From positions 384,001 through 448,000 of the forward strand of contig CBDCVK010000010.1 of the NCBI GenBank assembly GCA_965223005.1: a DNA stretch of 64,000 nucleotides, given 5' to 3'. Under the pieces are notes generated by a model that ran no database searches, was not told where the DNA came from, and was given only the letters and a program-made list of their open reading frames with translations. The DNA is from Terriglobia bacterium. Its GTDB lineage: Bacteria; Acidobacteriota; Terriglobia; JAJPHL01; JAPKYU01. Each line of letters starts with the position of its first letter. Position 1 is the stretch's first letter. Positions 1-9,741 of this stretch are shown here, in pieces. The translations under genes and the position numbers were made by a program.

Positions 1-1021
1 TCCTTTCTTTAACGAGTTGAAAGATCCTCGCGTGCGTGGCATGGAATACCCTGGGGTCAGTGACCTGCAAGCTGACTAGGTCGTTGATATCGAAGAAGCG
101 ACGATAGTTGATCTCTTCAGCAGCAGTTTGCCAATGCGCCAACCGATACGGTTGGGCGACCAGGAGCCGATCCAGGGAATCAAAGCTCTTTGGCTTTCCC
201 GCGGTTCCGTTAAAAAAGCGCAGCGTTTCATCCAGGCATTTGCGGAATTCCAGATCGGCCAGATCGGTCAGATCGGCTAGATATAGCCTCCCTAGCCGCT
301 GCTGGATTTGTTCTTTGCCGCGCCGCCTTGCTTCGATCTCCTCGGGGATTTGGGTTGTGTAGTTGGGCAATCGTTCTGTGGCATCCGCAATGCCAGATAA
401 CTCCTGGGTGCGCGGCGCGCTGCGGGCGGCTGATTGGCGCATGCTCCCCAGGCAGTGCTCGAGAATGAGCCGATAGGATTTCGGCTCGAGAGGCAGGCGT
501 GTCTCAAAATAGCGAATGAAGAAGCCGTTTTGGTCAAACTCCAGAGACAGTTGCTGGTTTTCCAGAACTTTGCTGTAGGTGTCGCCCAACACCGGCAACA
601 GGATCTTGTTTTCCTGCAAGAAGGCCGCCTCGGTGGTGGGCGGCTGCCAGTCAATGTCGAAGTAGGAGGCATAGGGGGAGCTGGGGCCATTCTCTAGCAC
701 ATCCATCCACCAGGGGTTTTCCGCGCTGGCGGCCATGTGGTTGGGGACAATGTCCAGCAGCAAACCCATGTCGTGATGTTGGAGTTGCTCGACCAACTGA
801 TCGAATTCATCTTCCGTTCCAAGCTCGGAGTTGAGCCCCAGCGGGTCGACCACGTCGTAGCCGTGCGGGCTGCCTCTGCACGACTGCAGGCAAGGCGAAG
901 CATACAGGTCGGTGATCCCCAATTCATGCAGGTAGGGCACCAGATCGCGGGCGTGAGTGAAACGGAAGCTGCGGCTGAACTGAACCCGGTAGGTGGCAAC
1001 CGGCACGCGCAGAGGCGTCAT
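1..1021 (-). CDS. treY: Malto-oligosyltrehalose synthase TreY (5' part; runs off the left edge)
   Basis: Absent from the ORF track because no stop lies in the window. Manual translation from ATG at 1021 gives MTPLRVPVATYRVQFSRSF...LYASP...HGYDVVDP...LLLDIVPNHMA...NPWWMDVLENG..YFDIDW, the typical TreY N-terminus. ATGA overlap with the upstream stop. Confidence 0.93.
   Translation of the reverse strand, partial: MTPLRVPVATYRVQFSRSFRFTHARDLVPYLHELGITDLYASPCLQSCRGSPHGYDVVDPLGLNSELGTEDEFDQLVEQLQHHDMGLLLDIVPNHMAASAENPWWMDVLENGPSSPYASYFDIDWQPPTTEAAFLQENKILLPVLGDTYSKVLENQQLSLEFDQNGFFIRYFETRLPLEPKSYRLILEHCLGSMRQSAARSAPRTQELSGIADATERLPNYTTQIPEEIEARRRGKEQIQQRLGRLYLADLTDLADLEFRKCLDETLRFFNGTAGKPKSFDSLDRLLVAQPYRLAHWQTAAEEINYRRFFDINDLVSLQVTDPRVFHATHARIFQLVKER
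251..277. repeat. 3 x 9-bp tandem repeat (CAGATCGGY) inside treY
   Basis: cagatcggc cagatcggt cagatcggc; reads ADL-TDL-ADL in the treY frame. Confidence 0.85.
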
Positions 1022-3459
1022 CCGTTGGTTCCTGCGTCCACCCGGACCCGAAGCTTTTCTCCCAGTGCCCGGAACTGGTTCACCCAAGCATGTGCCGTTT
1101 CATCCCCGTGGTCGCCCTTGGCGAGGAAATCCGGGTAGAGGTTCTGCATCGTCTCGTAGTAGTTGTTCTGGGCTGTCCAAAGATTGACTTCAAACGGCAT
1201 CGAGCCGGCCAGTTCCACCCCCAGGTCTAGTGCTTGCAGGTGGTTCAGATCGGCGGGCTGCTCTCGGAATCGACTCGTCAGTCGCTCAATCTTGCGGCGG
1301 AGGGCAAACTCCAGGGTGGCTTCGTCTAGCTCGACTCCGGCTTTGGTGGCCTCGTCCAACAGCGCGTAAATGCGCTCCCGGTCCAGGCTGTCGGACTCCA
1401 TGGCTTGGCGCAGGTCTGCGTTGAGGGTGAACTCGGCGGCGATTTCGAAGCGGTGCGGCTGAGGCATCCCCAGCGATGTCAGGAAGCGCATCAAGGCGGT
1501 GTGGTCCTGGTAGATGCGGCGGTAGGCGGTCTCGGTCTCGGCCAGCACCGACTCCAGGATCATCTGCAGAATCTTGCGCTGCTCGTCGCGAAAGAGCAGT
1601 TTCAGCGTGTGTGCGCTCGATTCGAAGTGTTTTTCCACGATGCGCAGCAGCTCAGGGGAATCTCCGGCCTCGAAGGCCTCAGTGACTTCGTTGGCCAGCT
1701 CCTGGTAGGCTTGCTCTCCCCGGAACTGCCGGACCTGGGCCCGGACATTGTGGTCACCCAGATGCAGAACTCCGAAAGTCATTCGGGCGGACTCTCGCGT
1801 GATCTGGGAGACGAGTTTGGCTCGGCCTAGGGCAAATTTCGCTTTTCCTGCAGTCTGCAGGCGGAGGTCCTCCCGGTCGATGTCGTAACAATACGTTTGC
1901 GCTGCCTTGTCGGGACTTTCGAACATCGAACTGACGGCATAGTGAACGCCCACCTTGTGCAAATCCACCAGGGAAGGCTTCACCCACTTTTCGTAGATGC
2001 GGCGGCCGTCGCGGTGCTCGTTCAGATTGCTCTTGGCTCGCTCCAGCAGATCCAGAAACCGCGCTTCCAACGGCTCGTCCGACAGATCGCCGGCCAGCTG
2101 CAGGGTGCGTCCGGCGTATTGCAGCACCTGCACGGTCTCCAAGCCGGACAGATCATCGAAGAACCAACCGCAACTGGTATACATCAGCATCGCCTGACGC
2201 TCGAGTTCCAGGAGCTTGAGAGCTTCGATCTGTTCTTCCTCCGACATCGCCCGGATCGCATGCCGTTCGAAGAACCGCTCCACTGACTCTGGGGAGCGAT
2301 CCAGAATTACCTCGATGTAATCATTGCGGGCCGCCCAGGGATCGCGCAGCAGCTTCCCAGCCCGTTGGTCATAGAAGGGAGCCAGCGCATCCCGCAACCA
2401 GTCGAGCGCCTCGCGCAGCGGGCCTCGCCACCGCTGGTGCCAGCCGCGGTGCGCCCCCGAGTCACAGCCGCAGTTGCTTCGCCAGCGTTCGACCCCATGA
2501 GGGCAGCTCCAGGAGCTGTTCTCGAAGATTTCTCCTTCGTGGGTGGGTGGGTACCGCTCCAGGTACTCGCCGTAATTGGTGCTTCTTGCCAGATTGTTGA
2601 ATTCGATGTATTCCAGGGCATAGGAAAGCGCCATTTCGCCGTGCCGGTGGTGATGGCCGTAGGTTTCCCCGTCCGTCGCGATGTGCACAAGTTGCGGCCC
2701 GGAGCGTGCCTCATCAAAACCCTCCGTGAGCCGGTTGGCCAAGTGCTCACCCTGGATTAGTAAGTTTTCAAAAGCGACGCCACGGGAGATGGGCCCGTCG
2801 TAAAAGAACAGATGGATGCTGCGGCCGGCTCCAAGGTGGAGCCGATAGGGCATCGAAGGGTCCACTCGCCCCCCGCGCACGTCGCGCCAGCGGCCGCCGG
2901 GCGGGCGAACGCGGCGAGCCTGCGTCGGCGCCAAAATGGTGAAGCGGATCCCTTGCTCGACCAGAATGCGCAGCGTTTCCAGGTCCACGGCGGTTTCCGG
3001 CAGCCACATCCCTTCCGGAGGCCGGCCGAAGCGAGCCTGAAAATCGCGGATGCCCCAAATGACTTGCGTCTCTTTGTCGCGGCGGTTGGCCAGCGGCAGG
3101 ATCATGTGGTTGTAGGCTTGGGCCAGCGCGGACCCGTGCCCCGAAAACCTCTCCTGGCTCTCCTGGTCCGCTGCGAGAATGGCCCGATAGACTTCCGGCG
3201 ACTGTTGCTCCAGCCATGCCATCAGCGTGGGGCCGAAGTTGAAGCTGAGTTTGGCGTAGTTGTTGACGATCTTGATGATGCGCCCCTCGCCGTCCAGGAT
3301 GCGCGAGTTCGCATTCGGCGCATAACACTCGGCCGTGATTCGCTCGTTCCAGTCGTGATAGGGATAGGCCGAGTCCTGCATTTCGATCGCTTCCAACCCC
3401 GGGTTCTCGCGGGGCGGCTGGTAGAAATGGGCATGGATACAAATGTAGCGTGGCGTCAT
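1018..3459 (-). CDS. GH57-family glycoside hydrolase with C-terminal DUF3536
   Basis: HAHFYQPPRENP, GMWLPETAVD, ATDGETYGHH, SWSCPHGVERW and MYTSCGWFFD motifs; lies between treZ and treY. Confidence 0.9.
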   Translation of the reverse strand: MTPRYICIHAHFYQPPRENPGLEAIEMQDSAYPYHDWNERITAECYAPNANSRILDGEGRIIKIVNNYAKLSFNFGPTLMAWLEQQSPEVYRAILAADQESQERFSGHGSALAQAYNHMILPLANRRDKETQVIWGIRDFQARFGRPPEGMWLPETAVDLETLRILVEQGIRFTILAPTQARRVRPPGGRWRDVRGGRVDPSMPYRLHLGAGRSIHLFFYDGPISRGVAFENLLIQGEHLANRLTEGFDEARSGPQLVHIATDGETYGHHHRHGEMALSYALEYIEFNNLARSTNYGEYLERYPPTHEGEIFENSSWSCPHGVERWRSNCGCDSGAHRGWHQRWRGPLREALDWLRDALAPFYDQRAGKLLRDPWAARNDYIEVILDRSPESVERFFERHAIRAMSEEEQIEALKLLELERQAMLMYTSCGWFFDDLSGLETVQVLQYAGRTLQLAGDLSDEPLEARFLDLLERAKSNLNEHRDGRRIYEKWVKPSLVDLHKVGVHYAVSSMFESPDKAAQTYCYDIDREDLRLQTAGKAKFALGRAKLVSQITRESARMTFGVLHLGDHNVRAQVRQFRGEQAYQELANEVTEAFEAGDSPELLRIVEKHFESSAHTLKLLFRDEQRKILQMILESVLAETETAYRRIYQDHTALMRFLTSLGMPQPHRFEIAAEFTLNADLRQAMESDSLDRERIYALLDEATKAGVELDEATLEFALRRKIERLTSRFREQPADLNHLQALDLGVELAGSMPFEVNLWTAQNNYYETMQNLYPDFLAKGDHGDETAHAWVNQFRALGEKLRVRVDAGTNG

Positions 3460-3462
3460 GGG

Positions 3463-5310
3463 TTACACCGTTTGAAACAGAACGGCGGACTTCGGCCCGA
3501 CCGTCAAACGGGTTTCGCTGCTCGCGGTGAACCGCTCTGGCATCGAACCGCCGGCGCCAGCCCATCGGGGGTCGGAGGAATCCAGCAGCTTTTGCCAGTG
3601 CCCCGGCGGGAGGGGCAAGGAAAGCCGTGCTGCTGCGTCTCCAAAGTGGAAGACCGTGAAAACCTGGTTGGAATCTTTCCATCGGCGGACGAACAAAATC
3701 TTCTCCTTCTCATAACTCGCGACCTCCAGCGCCTCCTTGCTCAAGCAGGTCAGGGCGGGTGTGTTGTTCCTCAGCCGGATCAGCTGCTGATAAAAGTCGC
3801 GCAGGATGCGATGCGGTCCGTCCTGGCGTAATTCCCAGCGCAGCTTCGAGCACAAGAAAGTGCGCTCGTCCTGCGGGTCGGGCAGCTCGCCTTGCCCCGC
3901 CTCGCCTGGCCATTGAAAGGCGGCAAACTCTTGGCGCCTCCCCTGGCGCACCGCCTCAATCAGGGAAGGGTCCGAATGGCTGACAAAATACAGGAAGGGT
4001 GCTGTCTCGGCATACTCCTCCCCCATGAACAGCAACGGAACGCAGGGGGACAGCAGGACCACGGCGGCGGCCAGCTTCAGTTCCTCGAAGGAGGTGAGTT
4101 GGCTGAGCCGCTCGCCCAGCATCCGGTTTCCCACCTGGTCGTGGTTCTGCGCGCACACCACGAACCGGTACGCCGGGATGTCTCGCGAAGAGTTACCGAG
4201 GCGGCGCTGGCGGTAGGCCGAATACTGTCCCGAATACACATAGCCCTCGGTGAACGCCCGGGCCAGATGCTCGATTTGCCCAAAGTCCGCGTAATAACCG
4301 TTACGTTCGCCGGTCAGAAGGGCGTGCAGCGCGTGGTGGAAATCGTCGTTCCATTGGGCATCCAGACCCCAGCCGCCAACCTGGCGCGAGCGAAGGCACC
4401 GCGGGTCGTTCCGGTCGCTTTCCGCGATCACATGGACGGGACGCGCCAGCCGCTCCGCCTGCTCCTGCACAGCCGCGGCCAGCTCTTCCAGGAAGGGTTG
4501 AGCCGATGGGTCCACAATGGCGTGGATGGCGTCGAGGCGAAGCGCATCCACGTGAAACTCGGTAATCCAATAAAGCGCATTTTCGATAAAGAAGTGCCTG
4601 ACCTCGTCGCTGTGCGGCCCGTCGAAGTTGATTGCCCGGCCCCACGGGGTACGGTAGCGATCGGTAAAGTAGGGCGCAAAGTCACCCAGGTAGTTTCCTT
4701 CCGGCCCGACGTGGTTATAGACCACATCCAGGACTACGGCTAGCCCCTGTTGGTGGCACGCATTGACCAACCTCTTTAGGCCATCGGGTCCGCCGTAGCA
4801 GTTCTGTACCGCAAAGGGAAAGACGCCGTCGTACCCCCAGTTCCGGTCCCCAGGAAATTGCGCCACCGGCATCAACTCTACGGCCGTGACGCCAATCTGC
4901 TTCAGCTCACTGAGGCAGGGCAGCAGCGCGTCAAACGTTCCCTCCGGAGTGAAGGTTCCCACGTGGATTTCGTAAAGGATGTAACGTTCAAGCGGGAGGC
5001 CACGCCATTCCAGATCTTGCCAGCTAAAGGCTTGGTCCACAACCTGGGCCGGCCCATGAACACCCTGCGGCTGGAAGCGGGAGGCTGGGTCTGGCCTTTC
5101 TTGCCCACCGCCCAGGCGGTACAGGTACAAGCTGCCCGGGGCGACACCCTCCGCCACGACACGATGGTAGCCGCGCGGCTGCCGTTGCATCGGGACCAAC
5201 TGCTCGCGTGGGCCCATCATGCGCACTTCGACCTGCTCCTGTTGCGGTGCCCACAACAGAAACTCGCAGCGGCCGCGGCCCAGGTAGGTCGCGCCTAGCG
5301 CGGGGCTCAT
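3463..5310 (-). CDS. treZ: Malto-oligosyltrehalose trehalohydrolase TreZ (GH13)
   Basis: PDPASRFQPQGVHG, RNWGYDGV, DVVYNH, LRLDAIH, QNHDQVGNR, LLFMGEEY. Confidence 0.95.
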   Translation of the reverse strand: MSPALGATYLGRGRCEFLLWAPQQEQVEVRMMGPREQLVPMQRQPRGYHRVVAEGVAPGSLYLYRLGGGQERPDPASRFQPQGVHGPAQVVDQAFSWQDLEWRGLPLERYILYEIHVGTFTPEGTFDALLPCLSELKQIGVTAVELMPVAQFPGDRNWGYDGVFPFAVQNCYGGPDGLKRLVNACHQQGLAVVLDVVYNHVGPEGNYLGDFAPYFTDRYRTPWGRAINFDGPHSDEVRHFFIENALYWITEFHVDALRLDAIHAIVDPSAQPFLEELAAAVQEQAERLARPVHVIAESDRNDPRCLRSRQVGGWGLDAQWNDDFHHALHALLTGERNGYYADFGQIEHLARAFTEGYVYSGQYSAYRQRRLGNSSRDIPAYRFVVCAQNHDQVGNRMLGERLSQLTSFEELKLAAAVVLLSPCVPLLFMGEEYAETAPFLYFVSHSDPSLIEAVRQGRRQEFAAFQWPGEAGQGELPDPQDERTFLCSKLRWELRQDGPHRILRDFYQQLIRLRNNTPALTCLSKEALEVASYEKEKILFVRRWKDSNQVFTVFHFGDAAARLSLPLPPGHWQKLLDSSDPRWAGAGGSMPERFTASSETRLTVGPKSAVLFQTV

Positions 5311-5316
5311 CGCGGG

Positions 5317-7290
5317 TTACGCTCCATTCTTGAAGAAGGCAATGGCCAGCGGCGGCAGGGTGATGCTCAGAGCGTAGGGGCGCCCATGGACGGAAGCCGG
5401 CCCCGCCTCCACCCCGCCGAGATTCCCCGAGCCGCCTCCTCCGTAGTGCTGCGCATCGCTGTTGAGCAGTTCGTGCCAGAATCCGCCCCGCGGGATACCA
5501 AGCCGGTAATTGGTACGGTGGATCGGGGTGAAGTTACAGGCCACGACGAGAACGTCGTCGCTCGAGTGTCCCCTGCGGAGAAACGTCAGTACGCTCTGGT
5601 CGCTGTCGTCGCAGTCGATCCATTCAAAGCCCGCCGGCTCGTTGTCCAGCTCATAGAGCGCTGGCTCGCTGCGGTACAGCCGATTCAAATCTTCCACCCA
5701 CTTTTGCAAACCGGCGTGGGGCGTGTATTGCAACAGGTGCCAGTCCAGGCCTTTCTCATGGTTCCATTCCCGCCACTGGCCAAACTCGCCTCCCATGAAC
5801 AGCAGCTTCTTTCCGGGCTGGCTGTACATGTAACCGAGCAGCAGGCGGAGGTTGGCGAACTTCTGCCCATCGTCGCCGGCCATCTTGCCGAGCAGCGAGC
5901 TCTTTCCGTACACGACCTCGTCGTGCGACAGCGGCAGCAAGAAGTTTTCGTTGAAGGCGTAGGTCATTCGAAAGGTCAGCTTGTCGTGGGAGTCCTTCCG
6001 GCGGCCAGGGTCCCGGGACAGGTATTCCCGCGTGTCGTGCATCCATCCCATGTCCCACTTCATGCCAAAGCCCAAACCTCCCAGGTGGGTCGGTCTGGAG
6101 ACCATCGGCCAGGAAGTTGACTCCTCCGCCACGGTTTGGATGTCGGGGTAGTTCTTGTGGGCGTGCTGATTGAGTTCTCGCAGGAACTGGGCGGCTTCGA
6201 GGTTTTCCCGCCCCCCGTACCGGTTGGGAACCCACTCGCCTTTCGGGCGCGAGTAGTCCAGGTACAGCATGGAAGAAACCGCGTCCACTCGCAGTCCGTC
6301 GGCGTGGTAGGTGTCCAGCCAGAACGACGCGCTGCTTAGGAGGAAGCTTCGGCTCTCGTGCCGCTCGTAGTTGAAGATGTAGCTGCCCCAGTCCGGATGA
6401 AAGCCTTTCCGCGGGTCGGCGTGCTCGTAGAGGTGCGTTCCGTCAAAGTAGGCCAAGCCGTGCTCGTCGCTCGGAAAATGTGACGGTACCCAGTCCAGGA
6501 TGACGCCGATCCCGTTCTGGTGGAGGGAGTCAATCAAATACATCAAGTCTTGCGGAGCTCCGTAGCGGCTGGTGGGGGCGAAATAGCCAGTCGTCTGGTA
6601 GCCCCAGGAGCCGTAGAAGGGGTGCTCCATCACGGGCAAAAATTCCACGTGAGTGAACCCCATCCGGCGCACATAGTCGGCCAGCTTGGGCGCCAGTTCT
6701 CGATAACTCAGCCAGCGGTTGTCTTGCTCCGGGACGCGCATCCAGGAGCCAAGGTGCACCTCATAGATGGCGATGGGGCTACGCAGGGAATTACGCTGAT
6801 GCCGGCTTTGCATCCAGTCGCCATCCCCCCAGGAGTATTCCAGGTTGCAGACGACTGAAGCGGTTCGAGGGGGATTTTCCAGGAAGAAGGCGAACGGATC
6901 GGTCTTGTCCACCCGATAGTCGCCATGCCGGGAGACGACATAATACTTGTAAAGCTCTCCTGGACCCACTCCAGGTATGAATCCCTCCCAGATGCCGGCC
7001 GAGATGCCGGAATAGACACGGGGTTGCAATGGGTGGCTCGACTTATCCCATCCGTTGAAGTCCCCCATCACGTACAGCTGTTTTGCGTTCGGCGCCCAGA
7101 CAGCAAAATGCGTTCCCTGCGCGCCGGCTGCCTGCGCGAGATGAGCCCCCAGCTTCTGGTAAAGCCGATCGTGGCTGCCCTTGTTGAACAGGTGGAGGTC
7201 CTGATCGCTCAACAAGCTCGCGTCATAGCGCACCGTGGAGGCCTTGTCTGAGCCTAAGGTCCGCGGTGTATGCTTCTGGCTGGATTTCAA
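5317..7290 (-). CDS. glgB: 1,4-alpha-glucan branching enzyme GlgB
   Basis: [53 protein letters not shown]. Start placed at the TTG overlapping the malQ stop (the ORF track extends to 7449). Confidence 0.95.
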   Translation of the reverse strand: MKSSQKHTPRTLGSDKASTVRYDASLLSDQDLHLFNKGSHDRLYQKLGAHLAQAAGAQGTHFAVWAPNAKQLYVMGDFNGWDKSSHPLQPRVYSGISAGIWEGFIPGVGPGELYKYYVVSRHGDYRVDKTDPFAFFLENPPRTASVVCNLEYSWGDGDWMQSRHQRNSLRSPIAIYEVHLGSWMRVPEQDNRWLSYRELAPKLADYVRRMGFTHVEFLPVMEHPFYGSWGYQTTGYFAPTSRYGAPQDLMYLIDSLHQNGIGVILDWVPSHFPSDEHGLAYFDGTHLYEHADPRKGFHPDWGSYIFNYERHESRSFLLSSASFWLDTYHADGLRVDAVSSMLYLDYSRPKGEWVPNRYGGRENLEAAQFLRELNQHAHKNYPDIQTVAEESTSWPMVSRPTHLGGLGFGMKWDMGWMHDTREYLSRDPGRRKDSHDKLTFRMTYAFNENFLLPLSHDEVVYGKSSLLGKMAGDDGQKFANLRLLLGYMYSQPGKKLLFMGGEFGQWREWNHEKGLDWHLLQYTPHAGLQKWVEDLNRLYRSEPALYELDNEPAGFEWIDCDDSDQSVLTFLRRGHSSDDVLVVACNFTPIHRTNYRLGIPRGGFWHELLNSDAQHYGGGGSGNLGGVEAGPASVHGRPYALSITLPPLAIAFFKNGA

Positions 7291-9425
7291 CAGCCTTTCC
7301 CTCCCACTCGTGCCCGACGTAGTTGCCGGAGTGTAGCGCAGACCTCGGGCAACCGGCGAAACGCTTCCAATGAGTGGTGAGCCTTCTGACGCCAGTTGGA
7401 GCGTGTCTCTCCGGTTGAAGGAACGTTGTGGGACTGCGTTTCCAGCCAAAGGTCTTCCAAGTTCACCAGCACGATTTGAGCCGGGCTAGCCGCCAAGTAG
7501 GCCAGGCAAGCTCTCAAAACATCACCAGTCCCCGTCGACCTGGATGTCAGCCAGCCGTGGCGCCGTAAGAAACTGACCAAAGCGCTTCGGAGGGCTTGGC
7601 GAGTCTTGCGCTCGCTTTGGGCACCCTTTTGGGTGAGAAGGCCCAGAGCCAGCCGGTCTTCCACATCCAGGTCCTTCCAGTAAGCGGCAAATGGGGGCAT
7701 GTCGTGCGTGTTCAGCCCGGCCACCGAGAACGCAGGCACTGCCCGTAGCGCCCTGCGCGCCTGATGCGCAATCTCGTATTGTACAACGTACATCCGCTGG
7801 ACCCGGTGGCGGCTCATCGTCGGATTGACGTAGTAGGGTACCGTACCCAGGTTCTCGCCGACGATGCTCGTCTTGTGCCGGTGCGATTCCAGGCTCAGGA
7901 TGGCGTAAAGTTCTTCAGCCGGGTAGCGCACATAGACCCCCTGGTGGTCTTCAAAACCGTCGGGAATCCAGTACAGCCGGTGCAGGGCCATCACGTGGTC
8001 AATGCGCAGCAGACCGGCGTGCTGGAGTTGATGGCGCAGGCTGGCGATGAAGTAGCCATAACCTTGCTCCCTGATCTTTTCTGGCTGTAGAGGCCGAAAC
8101 GCCCAATTCTGCCCCGTGGTGAAGACCCGGTCGGGAGGCGCGCCGCCGGAGACCTCCGGGGCAAACGCGTTCCGCTCGCGCCACACGTCATAACCCGCCG
8201 GATGGAGACCCAAAGGTAAATCCAGATACAAGCCAGGACCGTTTCGCCGGGCTTTTTCCGAAACCGCCTGAATCTGCTCTTGCGCCAACCATTGGGTGTA
8301 AAGGTAGTAGCGGCGCACCTGCTCATCGTAGTCACCCGGTTCGAGAACTCCCTCGCGCATTGGCTGGGGCCACCTCGGCCATGGAACCCGCTGGCGGTCA
8401 GAGGCGGCCCGGAAGCGGGCATAATCTTCCAGCCCAGGATGTGCCTCCAAGTAATGCCGGAAATTCGCCATCCGTTGCGAGTTCTGGGCGAAAAAGTGCC
8501 GTGCCAATTCCTCGAGCACCTTCCGTTTGACAGCCATCCCGCGACGATAGTCGACCAGGACCGACGATCGCAGAAGGTTCAGCTCCTGCTGGAGCCAGGC
8601 GGAGCCCAGTAGTTCCTTTACGCGGGCACAGGATTCCATTTCCGGAATGCGTGTGACGTCCAGGTAAAACTCGTTCCAGAACAGCCGGCTGGCCGGTGCG
8701 TACGGGCTTGGGTCGAAGGGCTCATCGAGGTAGGAGGCTAACAGCGGCAAGGTGCTGACCACACTTCCGCCCGATTGGCCGACCCACTCGACCAGCGCTT
8801 CCAGGTCCGAGAAATCACCCGCTCCCCAACTCTTGCGACCATGAAGCGCATATAGCGGGAGGAAAACTCCCCAGGTTCTGCCCTGCCGCTGTGGGCGCGG
8901 CGCGTAAGCCTGGAGCGGTGCAGCAATGATCAGCGACTCAGCTGTGTTTCCCTGCCATTCCAGTGTGAATCGGTGATAGCCGCAGGGCAGGCTTTTGGGG
9001 CTCCTTAGAGCTTTGACAACGTACCGCACTCCTGCGTCTTCTGCTGAGCGCAGAGCGCGAAGGCCCGCAAGGTTCGAGGTCCACTGCTGCACCTCTCCGG
9101 TTTCGAGCTGCAAGCGGCAACGCGCCAGGCCCCCGGCGCGCGATGCAGGCAGGCGCATCTCGACGCGCAATGGCGCGCCGTCCCAGGAAACCGTAGCGGG
9201 TTCCAGGCAGCGCTGCCACAGGTCCTGACGGCGTTGCCGCAAGGCTGACCCGGCATCCCCGTGGTTTTCTAGGGGGGCTCCCAACGCGCGAAGCACGGAC
9301 AAGAGTGCCTCAGGCGACGCCTGTCTGCGGCGGTGGGAAACGACATCGTAGTAAGCAGTTTGAACGCCGTAGAGGAGTGCCAGTTGCCGGAGCGGACCAT
9401 CCAGACGCTCTTTGCTGAGGTTCAA
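7287..9425 (-). CDS. malQ: 4-alpha-glucanotransferase MalQ (GH77)
   Basis: [48 protein letters not shown]. Start placed at the TTG following a GGAGGTG RBS; the ORF could extend to 9500. Confidence 0.92.
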   Translation of the reverse strand: MNLSKERLDGPLRQLALLYGVQTAYYDVVSHRRRQASPEALLSVLRALGAPLENHGDAGSALRQRRQDLWQRCLEPATVSWDGAPLRVEMRLPASRAGGLARCRLQLETGEVQQWTSNLAGLRALRSAEDAGVRYVVKALRSPKSLPCGYHRFTLEWQGNTAESLIIAAPLQAYAPRPQRQGRTWGVFLPLYALHGRKSWGAGDFSDLEALVEWVGQSGGSVVSTLPLLASYLDEPFDPSPYAPASRLFWNEFYLDVTRIPEMESCARVKELLGSAWLQQELNLLRSSVLVDYRRGMAVKRKVLEELARHFFAQNSQRMANFRHYLEAHPGLEDYARFRAASDRQRVPWPRWPQPMREGVLEPGDYDEQVRRYYLYTQWLAQEQIQAVSEKARRNGPGLYLDLPLGLHPAGYDVWRERNAFAPEVSGGAPPDRVFTTGQNWAFRPLQPEKIREQGYGYFIASLRHQLQHAGLLRIDHVMALHRLYWIPDGFEDHQGVYVRYPAEELYAILSLESHRHKTSIVGENLGTVPYYVNPTMSRHRVQRMYVVQYEIAHQARRALRAVPAFSVAGLNTHDMPPFAAYWKDLDVEDRLALGLLTQKGAQSERKTRQALRSALVSFLRRHGWLTSRSTGTGDVLRACLAYLAASPAQIVLVNLEDLWLETQSHNVPSTGETRSNWRQKAHHSLEAFRRLPEVCATLRQLRRARVGGKGC

Positions 9426-9449
9426 CCGGTTCACCTCCATCAGTTCCAG

Positions 9450-9667
9450 ATCCTGGCACCAGAGCGGTTCGTCTCGAGAGGGAGTCCTCTTTTCGACCAC
9501 TCCTCTGGAAGCTCCTTGCGCGCGTGTATCCTATAAAGTAATCGAAATCGTGGCCGGTCGGAAGCTTGCGCTGCAAGAGCCGGAAGCTTGCGCAAGAGCC
9601 GAAGCTTGCGTTGTAAGGTGAGGAGTCGCCCGCCTTCAGTCTCGGGCTCGACCTTCTCGATGACCAC
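9450..9667 (-). pseudogene. Probable remnants of glgE (N- and C-termini) and of the treS N-terminus
   Basis: VVIEKVEPETEGGR (9626-9667), TGHDFDYFI (9532-9558) and RDEPLWCQD (about 9450-9476) resemble the GlgE N-terminus, GlgE C-terminus and TreS N-terminus as I recall them, in the usual gene order. Confidence 0.6.
9561..9610. repeat. Three copies of GAAGCTTGCG, two followed by CAAGAGCC
   Basis: gaagcttgcgctgcaagagccg gaagcttgcgcaagagcc gaagcttgcg. Confidence 0.8.
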
Positions 9668-9675
9668 CGGTGTGC

Positions 9676-9704
9676 TTGACTGCTATGGGAGCAGGCTATA
9701 TCTT
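9676..9704 (+). promoter_or_regulatory. Putative sigma70 promoter for the beta-propeller operon
   Basis: TTGACT-17 nt-TATCTT, 37 nt upstream of ATG 9742. Confidence 0.55.
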
Positions 9705-9741
9705 GAGTTTGTTGGAGTCTTTGTAGACCGAGCCGTCCACC

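Noticed and set aside
292-999. ORFs 292-690 and 694-999 as fragments of a broken gene
   Set aside because: They are alternative frames; the treY frame starting at 1021 appears open to the window edge.
2768-4743. Long alternative-frame and antisense ORFs (e.g. 2768-3682, 2812-3831, 3892-4743; also 27005-28234)
   Set aside because: Shadow ORFs typical of high-GC DNA, lying over well-supported genes and lacking recognisable motifs.
9561-9610. Repeats as a possible mini-CRISPR array (also 46285-46332 and 52007-52084)
   Set aside because: Units are 7-20 bp with no unique spacers of CRISPR length, and no cas genes are present.
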